31,664 nucleotides of DNA from a virus: IMG/VR virus record IMGVR_UViG_3300029893_000002; one strand, written 5' to 3'. The position numbers were made by a program, and so were the translations under genes. Position 1 is the stretch's first letter. Each line of letters opens with the position of its first letter. This document shows, in pieces, positions 25,221 through 31,664 of the stretch. Below the pieces are notes generated by a model that had not been told where the DNA came from, did not search any database, and saw only the letters and a program-made list of their open reading frames with translations.

Positions 25221-25528
25221 GAGCGCCTGCCCCGCTCGATCATGTCGAGCCGGTCGACGATGTGCGCGAGGGCTTCGTCGAGGGTGTTGCCGAGCCCCTC
25301 TGCACCAAACGGCTCGCTGTCGACGTCCGGCAGATCGTTCTTGTCGGCGTGGTCCTGGTGCGAGAACCACGCACCCGTGTCCTCGACCGTGATCACCACC
25401 GTCGCCAGTGAGGACTCGCCGTAGGTGATGCTGCAGACCCGGCATGGCTTCTCCTGGCCTGGCGGTTGTTCGCCCGACTCGATCCAGCTGGCGAGCCGCG
25501 TGAGCATCTCAACCCTCTTCTTCGACAT
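25217..25528 (-). CDS. Hypothetical protein (103 aa)
   Basis: Coupled on both sides; coding-like. Confidence 0.6.
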   Translation of the reverse strand: MSKKRVEMLTRLASWIESGEQPPGQEKPCRVCSITYGESSLATVVITVEDTGAWFSHQDHADKNDLPDVDSEPFGAEGLGNTLDEALAHIVDRLDMIERGRRS

Positions 25529-26282
25529 CGCGGAACCAGAAGATGGAGAGGGAAAGGAAGTCCTCGCTCACGCTGCTGCGGGTCTCCTCGCCCTCCAGGT
25601 AGGGAATGGGCCGGAAGGGCTCCCCGTCGGCCTCGATGACGAGCTGGCCGAAGTCGAAGGCGCGGACCGTCGCAGGCTGGTCGCGGTAGTAGATGCGCCG
25701 CCCGATGAGCTCCTCCCGGTCGCGGTCGTCCCAGAGGCGGACAGGGTGCTCGAAGAGTCGCTCGAGCGCCTCGGCCGCGCTGCGAAGGCAACGCACGGGG
25801 TCGCGGCCGCCGACCTGGTAGGCTGGCCTCTGGTTCAGCCAGATCTGGGCGCGACACGATGCGCGAATCTCGTCGCCCGAGAACGAGCTCGTCTTGAGGT
25901 AGTTGACCGTCCGGAGATTCACCGCGACGTGGACGCGGTGGCCGTTGAAGGCGTGGATGGTGCCGTTCTCGAAGACGGCGAACATGTTGTTGTCCGAGCG
26001 GCTGTGGGGCTCGGGGTCCTGGAAGAGGCGGTAGGCGGCCTCCCGGATCGGCGGCTGGTCATCGGCGGCCCCGAGCCATCCCCGCTCGAAGGCGACCTGC
26101 TGCGCCTCCTCAGGCGAAAGCGTGGGCCCCCAGCGGTCTCCGGCCCGGCGCAGCACCTCCTTGAGCCGCGCCCGCTCGTCGGCGTACAGCGACCGAAGGG
26201 AGGGAAGCTCTTGTTCGAGCGCCTTGTAGCGCTCCTCGTCGGCCCTCTCAGTGGCGGCGTCGATGACGTCGTGTCGTCTCAT
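25509..26282 (-). CDS. Hypothetical protein (257 aa)
   Basis: ATG 26282 after GAGGAG; 3' part of ORF 25509-26417. Confidence 0.7.
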   Translation of the reverse strand: MRRHDVIDAATERADEERYKALEQELPSLRSLYADERARLKEVLRRAGDRWGPTLSPEEAQQVAFERGWLGAADDQPPIREAAYRLFQDPEPHSRSDNNMFAVFENGTIHAFNGHRVHVAVNLRTVNYLKTSSFSGDEIRASCRAQIWLNQRPAYQVGGRDPVRCLRSAAEALERLFEHPVRLWDDRDREELIGRRIYYRDQPATVRAFDFGQLVIEADGEPFRPIPYLEGEETRSSVSEDFLSLSIFWFRDVEEEG

Positions 26283-26580
26283 CCTGCTGGCTCCTCTCGA
26301 AGTCTTGGTTCTTGGCAGCGGCGAGCCGCCGTCCGATGTCGATGGCCGTCGCGAACCCGGCCTCGCCGCGCTTCGTGGCCCGCTCCTCGAAGAAGCCGAG
26401 CACGAAGCCGAGCGCAAGCCCGGTGACCCCGAGCGAGCGTCCCTCGAGCGGTGTGACGATCGTCTTACAGACCGCCTGCGCGTCCCGGACGTCGTTGAGC
26501 ATCTCCCGGGTCAGATCCTCGTCGAGCTCGCTCGTCAGCTCGTGCAGCGCCTCCTCGAACTTGCTCTCGTACGTGCTCAC
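26248..26580 (-). CDS. Hypothetical protein (110 aa)
   Basis: GGAGG RBS, GTGA overlap; hydrophobic LGVTGLALGFVLGFF stretch. Confidence 0.7.
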   Translation of the reverse strand: MSTYESKFEEALHELTSELDEDLTREMLNDVRDAQAVCKTIVTPLEGRSLGVTGLALGFVLGFFEERATKRGEAGFATAIDIGRRLAAAKNQDFERSQQDETTRRHRRRH

Positions 26581-26717
26581 TCAGCACCTCCGTTGTCCAT
26601 CAAGATCACGCACGCCCCCGTAAGAGCGCTCCAGAACGCGACCCACCAGTGTCCGGTGGAGTTGAATGCTACCGACACGACGGCCGCCAACGTCGCAAAG
26701 GTCGAGTGCTCTGTCAT
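26577..26717 (-). CDS. Small membrane peptide (46 aa)
   Basis: ATGA and GTGA overlaps; hydrophobic. Confidence 0.5.
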   Translation of the reverse strand: MTEHSTFATLAAVVSVAFNSTGHWWVAFWSALTGACVILMDNGGAE

Positions 26718-27154
26718 CCGATCCCCAGCGCGCCGCGATCCCACTCCTCGATGAGCGAGAGATCTGGGGCGTCCGCCTGCGCGACCGGCTTGCCCGCTTC
26801 GTAGGTGCGCAGCAGCGAATAACCCTCCTCGGCGTCGTATCCGACGAGCCAGATACGAGCGCTCGCAAAGAGCGGTGCGACGGTCCCCTCCACCCACTGG
26901 ATCGGCGCTCCTCCCTCGAACCGAAAGCGGATGGCGAGGTGTTGCTCCCGGGCGTCGGCTGTCGCTGGGACGAAGGTCGTATCGAACGACAACGACCGGG
27001 CACGTACCATGAGCGGGCCACCGAGCGAGGGCTCGTAGCGCCACATGGCCACGAGGTCGAGCAGCACGCCGAGCTTTTGCTGGCTGTACCACGTCGCGAA
27101 CTTCGTCAGGTTGTCCGACGTGTCCACGAGCAAAAGCGTATAGCGCGCCGTCAT
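26714..27154 (-). CDS. Hypothetical protein (146 aa)
   Basis: Starts 3 nt after the upstream stop; coding-like. Confidence 0.65.
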   Translation of the reverse strand: MTARYTLLLVDTSDNLTKFATWYSQQKLGVLLDLVAMWRYEPSLGGPLMVRARSLSFDTTFVPATADAREQHLAIRFRFEGGAPIQWVEGTVAPLFASARIWLVGYDAEEGYSLLRTYEAGKPVAQADAPDLSLIEEWDRGALGIG

Positions 27155-27157
27155 CGG

Positions 27158-28126
27158 TCAGTCCCAGGCGTCCTCGTACATCATGCTGGCGTCCACTGGG
27201 CCGAACTCGTCGAGTACCTCGTTGACCGCGTCGTAGACCGGGTCGGTGACGACTCCCATCACGCCGCTCATGTACTCGACCCGCCGTCCCGTCGCGAGCG
27301 CGCCGATGTCCGAAAGCAAGCCCGCGTCCTCGGTTCCGTCCATGAAGTCGCCGAACGGATTTTTGAGCTTGATGCGCCGCATGCCGAGGGCGCTCGCCTC
27401 GTTGCGGATCCACCCCTCCCGGTGCTCGAGCATGAGCTTGATGCTGAGCACCTCCTCCTCGGGCGGGAGCGCCCAGTTGTAGCAGTGGATGAGTCCGTTC
27501 TCGTCGAGATCCCAGCAGACCTTGGTCATCCGCTGGGCGAGCGCGCTATGCCGATGGGCGACGACGTAGCGGTGGCCGCTCGTGCCGCCGCGGACGACGA
27601 TCGCCCGATGGCGCGCCCAGGACCGGTGCTCGGCCTCGTTCAGGAAGGCGAGCAAGACCTCGGACGCCGGCGCGATGGACCCCGGTATGCAGTCGGGGCA
27701 GCACATGGTCGGCCGCTTCACGGTCGCCGCGTCCTTGGCGTCCTTGGCCGAGACGAGCTCTGTGGTCGCTTGGGTGTCGCGGGCTTCGGTGACGCGCACC
27801 TTGCCGCCGGTCGAGACGACCGCCGTGATCGTGCCGGGATCCGGGCTCGATGCCTTGAGGAGCTCGGCGCCGGCCTCGGTGAGCGGCGCCTTGATGGCGA
27901 TGCTCTGGGAGGGCCCCTCCCGGCGCAACCGCTGGTTCGTCCATCCCTTGGCCCGGGCGACCTTGAGGAACGCCTCGAGCTGCTCTCGTTCGGCCGCGGT
28001 GGGTTCGGTGATGACGAGCCGGCATTCGTTCGGCAGGGGCTCTCCCGGCGCTTCCCTGTACGTCGCGTCGGGCACCACCGGCTCGAGCCGGTAGTCACCG
28101 TTCCAGCTGGGAAAGAACCACCTCAT
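27158..28126 (-). CDS. Hypothetical protein (322 aa)
   Basis: ATG 28126 (MRWFFPSWNGD) with ATGA overlap; CCPDC motif. Confidence 0.75.
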   Translation of the reverse strand: MRWFFPSWNGDYRLEPVVPDATYREAPGEPLPNECRLVITEPTAAEREQLEAFLKVARAKGWTNQRLRREGPSQSIAIKAPLTEAGAELLKASSPDPGTITAVVSTGGKVRVTEARDTQATTELVSAKDAKDAATVKRPTMCCPDCIPGSIAPASEVLLAFLNEAEHRSWARHRAIVVRGGTSGHRYVVAHRHSALAQRMTKVCWDLDENGLIHCYNWALPPEEEVLSIKLMLEHREGWIRNEASALGMRRIKLKNPFGDFMDGTEDAGLLSDIGALATGRRVEYMSGVMGVVTDPVYDAVNEVLDEFGPVDASMMYEDAWD

Positions 28127-28278
28127 CGCCGTGGCCGCCCGCGCCATGCGGTGACGATGTAGGCCACCGTGAAGGCCGAGCCGAGCGCGAGAGCGCCCGG
28201 CCACTCCTCCATGAAGCCGAGGACGAAGCCGATCCCGTAGGCGGCGAGAATCTCGAGCGTGTCGCGGTGCCGTCTCAT
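28123..28278 (-). CDS. Small two-helix membrane protein (51 aa; not in the ORF track)
   Basis: Manual translation MRRHRDTLEILAAYGIGFVLGFMEEWPGALALGSAFTVAYIVTAWRGRPRR; ATGA overlaps at both ends. Confidence 0.65.
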   Translation of the reverse strand: MRRHRDTLEILAAYGIGFVLGFMEEWPGALALGSAFTVAYIVTAWRGRPRR

Positions 28279-28718
28279 TCGGGCCGCTCCACGCCGAGGA
28301 CCTCGTCGAGCTGCTTTCGGATCCGGTCGGCGAGCTCGAGCTCGTCCATGTCCTTGGCGATCTCGAGCGCCTTCATGAGCCGGTCCGGCGTGTTGCCCTG
28401 CGCCGCCTGCATCTGCGAGATCGCCGGCACGATCTCGCGCATGATGCGTGCGCCCATGGTCTCGGCCCGCTCCGTCTGCCCGAACGCGATGGAGGTCGGG
28501 AACTGATCCCGGAGCGTGTCGATCGCCTCCTCGTCGTCGGCGAGACAGACGAGGATCTCCCTCATGTGCCGGCAGATCTTCTCGATCCGGGCGAGCGAGC
28601 CGCCGGTGACGGGCTCGTCCAGGATCGCGACGAGCTTGTGGCGGACCGCCTTCGCGATGGGATGCTCGTGAACGAGTTGGCTCTCTACCGGTGCGGCTGT
28701 CGTGATGGTGTCAGTCAT
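28275..28718 (-). CDS. Hypothetical helical protein (147 aa)
   Basis: GAGGAG RBS; coding-like. Confidence 0.7.
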   Translation of the reverse strand: MTDTITTAAPVESQLVHEHPIAKAVRHKLVAILDEPVTGGSLARIEKICRHMREILVCLADDEEAIDTLRDQFPTSIAFGQTERAETMGARIMREIVPAISQMQAAQGNTPDRLMKALEIAKDMDELELADRIRKQLDEVLGVERPE

Positions 28719-28730
28719 CGTCGCTTCTCC

Positions 28731-29054
28731 TCAGGCCGCCTCTTGCAGCTGGCGCCGGCGGCGGCGCATCTCCTTGGCCTTGACGGTGCCACGCACGATC
28801 TTCATGCATGCCGCGCACCAGAGGTGCCGCGCGACCGCTTCGTGGTCCACGAGCGCGTAGATTCGCCGCGGCCGCGGCGCCTCGTGAATGTGGGGGCAGT
28901 CGGAAAGCTCCTTCATCCCGAGTGCCTCGAGAGCCGCGGCGATGCAGACCGCCTTGCACCACCACACGATAGATGCCGAGGGCGACGCCACCGTGCAGAC
29001 CTCGTGGCAGTCGCAGCCATGCATGCACTTCACGCATCCATACTTCATCACCAT
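28731..29054 (-). CDS. Cys/His-rich hypothetical protein
   Basis: GGAGGAG RBS; CVKC, CHEVC, CKAVC, CAAC. Confidence 0.6.
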   Translation of the reverse strand: MVMKYGCVKCMHGCDCHEVCTVASPSASIVWWCKAVCIAAALEALGMKELSDCPHIHEAPRPRRIYALVDHEAVARHLWCAACMKIVRGTVKAKEMRRRRRQLQEAA

Positions 29055-29058
29055 CGGA

Positions 29059-29409
29059 TCACTCCTCCCACAGTTGTAGTTGGCGTCCGCCGTCGAACGG
29101 CAGTCGCTCGAGCCTGGTGACCTTGCCGATCTCGTTCACGTACGCGTAGACGACCGTACCTTCGGCCTCTTCGAGTCGCTCGACGTCGAGAAAGCCGTAG
29201 ACGTCGCAGAGCCATCGCAGCTCGGCGAAGTGGCGCTCCGCCGTCCACGAGCCCGTGTCGATGGCCGCAATGAGGCGGCCGTAGCGCTGGGGCGTTTCCC
29301 GGTCGTCGACCTGGATCGTGAGAAAGGCCTCGAGCCGCTGCCCCGCGTGGTCACGGTTCGCGACGAGCTCCGCTTCGCAGATGCGCGCTATGAACCGACG
29401 CTCGCTCAT
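29059..29409 (-). CDS. Hypothetical protein (116 aa)
   Basis: GGAGG RBS, ATGA overlap. Confidence 0.65.
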   Translation of the reverse strand: MSERRFIARICEAELVANRDHAGQRLEAFLTIQVDDRETPQRYGRLIAAIDTGSWTAERHFAELRWLCDVYGFLDVERLEEAEGTVVYAYVNEIGKVTRLERLPFDGGRQLQLWEE

Positions 29410-29591
29410 ACGCCGTGCCTCCGGACAAACTGGTCCCACACGTCGCTGAGATCGAGCTCGGCACTCGTGAGCGTGTCGGGTCGCTCGCACAGGCACAGCG
29501 GAGCGCCGCGGGTGCTGGCGACGTGCCGAAAGCATTGCAGGCAGACGAGCGTCACTCGAAGCGCGAGGACATAGATGCGGCGGCCGTTCAT
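29406..29591 (-). CDS. Small Zn-ribbon-like protein
   Basis: ATGA overlap; CLQC..CLC. Confidence 0.55.
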   Translation of the reverse strand: MNGRRIYVLALRVTLVCLQCFRHVASTRGAPLCLCERPDTLTSAELDLSDVWDQFVRRHGV

Positions 29592-29854
29592 GCTGGATGT
29601 CCTTGGCAGTGGCCCTTGTCGTCCACGCTGTCGCACGGCGGAAACGCCTCGTAGCCGCCCGACCTCATGTGCCGGCAGAGCCGGCGCACCTCGGCGACAG
29701 TGGAGGCGGCTCCGGCCGCAAGGAACATGGGCAGGTAGTCCTTCGCGATCTTGGCGTCGGCGAACCGGTCGATCTCGACGCTGATCGCCACGTGGTAGCG
29801 CTTGGTCATCGGCCGCTCCCGAGAAAGAGGTTGTTGCTCGCAGGAGTCAGCCAT
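29588..29854 (-). CDS. Small hypothetical protein
   Basis: Ends PPCDSVDDKGHCQGH; start may be ATG 29809. Confidence 0.6.
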   Translation of the reverse strand: MADSCEQQPLSRERPMTKRYHVAISVEIDRFADAKIAKDYLPMFLAAGAASTVAEVRRLCRHMRSGGYEAFPPCDSVDDKGHCQGHPA

Positions 29855-30914
29855 CGGCCGGTTCGGGCAGCAGGATGTCGACGTCGTTGTGCTTCGACAC
29901 CGCGTTGAACTTGCGGATCAGCGCGGTCTCGAGGTCGATGCCGGCACGCGCCGCCAAGAGATCGATGTAGACGAGTGCGTCGGCAAGCTCTTCGCCGAGC
30001 CGGTCGCGAGAAACGGCGGCGTCGCCGCGGTGGATCTTCTTCGCAAGGTTCGCCGCCTCGCCGAGCTCACCCGCGGCCGCGCCGGCATACTCGAGCACGT
30101 TCCAGTGCTCGAGCGGGAAGAACACGGCCTCGCAACGGCGCACGTTGATATTGCGAAACGCCGCGAACGTGAGCGGGGGCGTGGGTGGCTTCTCTTCGAC
30201 GCTTCTGATGTACGCGATGGCGCGCACGACCATGGATGGCCCACCTTCAAGGTGCTTTCCCTCCACCAACGCTTCGAGAATCTCCCGAAGGCGCGGGCGC
30301 CCTTCCTCGAGCCCGAGCACCTCCTGCAACGTCCACTCTGCGTCGTAGGCGCGGCGCTTCCAGTAGGACGTCCATTCGATGTTTTTGGTTGTGAGTTGGG
30401 TATTGAGCTCCTCGATCTCGCGCTGCGCGCTCTTGAGCTCAGTCGCCTCTACCCAGCGCGACGGGTGGCCCTTCGCGCAGTAGCGTGTGCCATCGTCCCG
30501 GCGAACGACCGCCGCGGTGCATCCGGGCTCATCGCAGATGCGCGTGGCCTCCTCCAGGAGCTCCCGTAGCCGCTCGATCTCCTTTTCGGAGTCCGATCGG
30601 CGGATGACGGGGCAATCGTTGTGGTGCAGGCTCGCGCCAGGGCCGCAGAGCGGGCGCCCGAGACACTGGCCGCGGCCAGCGCGACCGAGAGCCACCGCGA
30701 GCGTCTGCCGTTGCTGACGCAGCTCGTCGGCCCACGGCGAGCATTCCTTGCATCGAAGGACCTGGACGTCGTGATGGCAGAGTTGAAAGCTCCCACGAGC
30801 CCCAGCTCGGGCGCGGTCGCGTTCCTCCTTGAGGCGGTCGATCTCTGCGAGGAGGATCTGGACGTCCGCATGGGGGGCGCCGTACTTCGCTCGGATGGCC
30901 TCGATCTCGTCCAC
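29847..30914 (-). CDS. Coiled-coil/Cys-rich N-terminus fused to a MazG-like NTP pyrophosphohydrolase
   Basis: C-terminal AGELGEAANLAKK..LGEELADALVYIDLLA..GIDLETALIRKFN (ExxE..ExxD). Confidence 0.82.
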   Translation of the reverse strand: MDEIEAIRAKYGAPHADVQILLAEIDRLKEERDRARAGARGSFQLCHHDVQVLRCKECSPWADELRQQRQTLAVALGRAGRGQCLGRPLCGPGASLHHNDCPVIRRSDSEKEIERLRELLEEATRICDEPGCTAAVVRRDDGTRYCAKGHPSRWVEATELKSAQREIEELNTQLTTKNIEWTSYWKRRAYDAEWTLQEVLGLEEGRPRLREILEALVEGKHLEGGPSMVVRAIAYIRSVEEKPPTPPLTFAAFRNINVRRCEAVFFPLEHWNVLEYAGAAAGELGEAANLAKKIHRGDAAVSRDRLGEELADALVYIDLLAARAGIDLETALIRKFNAVSKHNDVDILLPEPADG

Positions 30915-30917
30915 CTC

Positions 30918-31344
30918 TCACTCCTCCCAGAACGAGCGCTGCAGGCGCCCGATAGCCTCTGCCGGCACGAGATACGGAACGGGCGCTTCGCCCGGCGACC
31001 AGTCGGCGGTGGGCTTGCTCAGCCGCGCGACGGCGAGGACCTGACGGCTCGCGTCGACGATCTCCTGGCTCACCGCCGCGCTGTCACGGAAGACGGCGCA
31101 GCGGCACTCCTCGCAGTCCTCCTCGCCATGGTAGTGGGAGGCCTGCGCATGTCCGCACCGGCACTGGAACTCCTCGACGGTGTACGTCACGTCCGACAGG
31201 CGCTCGTCGCTCTGCAACCCCACCATCAAGATCCGAAGGCGGTGGCCGTGCCCCTGGCAGAGGACCTCCCGCTCCTCGTCGGTCTCTGGCTGGAGCTGGA
31301 TCCGCGGTTCACCCGCAGTATTTCCGTACGAGAAATACCTTCAC
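30918..31344 (-). CDS. Zn-binding hypothetical protein, apparently split by a +1 frameshift near 31312
   Basis: GTG 31344 reads VKVFLVRKYCG then TGA; the +1 frame continues EPRIQLQPETDEEREVL.. through CRCGH..H..CEECRC to 30918. Confidence 0.55.
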
Positions 31345-31535
31345 CTCCGGCGCTCCTTTTGTGTCTTGTACGGTGAACCGTCGGGCCCCGCCTGAACGCC
31401 AGCGATCAGTCCCGCGTCGATCATGGCATCGGTCAACCGGTCACGTAGAAATGCGCGCGCCATGCCGCCGTCGTCCCATCCGTCGTAGAGGGCGACCGCC
31501 GCGTCGCGCACCGTTTTGATTTTGTCGTCAGGCAT
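31341..31535 (-). CDS. Small hypothetical protein (64 aa)
   Basis: Overlaps both neighbours. Confidence 0.55.
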   Translation of the reverse strand: MPDDKIKTVRDAAVALYDGWDDGGMARAFLRDRLTDAMIDAGLIAGVQAGPDGSPYKTQKERRR

Positions 31536-31664
31536 CTTTCTGTCTCGCAGTACGCGTCATGCGAAGTATCCGTAGGTGCAGTTCGCGCGACAGCGTGACC
31601 GTGGCCGTCTGTTCGGTCGTGTTCACGGTAAAGTTGAGGCCTCCGATCTCGACGAGGGCGTTCC
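31528..31664 (-). CDS. 3' end of a CDS truncated by the window edge
   Basis: Open frame NALVEIGGLNFTVNTTEQTATVTLSRELHLRILRMTRTARQKDA*. Confidence 0.5.
   Translation of the reverse strand, partial: NALVEIGGLNFTVNTTEQTATVTLSRELHLRILRMTRTARQKDA

Larger units (their letters stand above)
1..31664. mobile_element. Segment of a large virus/provirus genome (probably tailless, jelly-roll capsid type)
   Basis: No housekeeping genes; tightly coupled short ORFs; phage-typical accessory families on the - strand converge on a + strand block of candidate structural genes. Element boundaries are not in the window. Confidence 0.8.

Noticed and set aside
28123-28278. Holin call for the small two-helix membrane protein
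   Set aside because: No endolysin nearby, and it lies in the accessory arm; topology alone is insufficient.
20352-30914. Z-genome (2-aminoadenine) cluster suggested by HD plus MazG enzymes (DatZ/MazZ-like)
   Set aside because: No PurZ in the window, the two genes are about 9 kb apart, and both families are common in ordinary phages.
1-31664. Very frequent CTCGAG/TCGA/CGATCG words
   Set aside because: Explained by CTC-GAG (Leu-Glu) and ATC-GAN codon pairs in high-GC coding DNA; cannot be called enriched without a count.

Overview
A very GC-rich (roughly 70% by eye), densely packed window that looks like part of a large prokaryotic virus or provirus genome rather than ordinary chromosome. There are no housekeeping genes, many short ORFs overlap through ATGA/GTGA junctions, and there are two convergent blocks. 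Left block (1 to ~16.1 kb, mostly + strand): three tandem beta-rich proteins that look like single-jelly-roll capsid proteins, flanked by structured non-coding RNA; small membrane proteins sharing a [G/P]-L-G motif; a Zn-finger/J-domain protein; a protamine-like basic protein; a DpdA/TGT-like transglycosylase ending in a sliding-clamp motif; two GT-B glycosyltransferases; an RHH protein; a kinase; and a possible ADP-ribosyltransferase-like protein. Right block (~16.1-31.6 kb, - strand except a kinase-GNAT fusion): typical phage accessory genes (MmcB-like nuclease, two ASCH-type proteins, DUF2314-like, HD phosphohydrolase, DUF1643, DUF5131/Gp37-Gp68, MazG-like, many Zn-finger hypotheticals). 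No terminase, portal, HK97 capsid, tail, integrase, tRNA or CRISPR is visible. Best hypothesis (inference): a large tailless, membrane-containing jelly-roll virus with a protamine-condensed, possibly post-translationally modified nucleoprotein core. All family calls are by-eye motif recognition; no searches were run.
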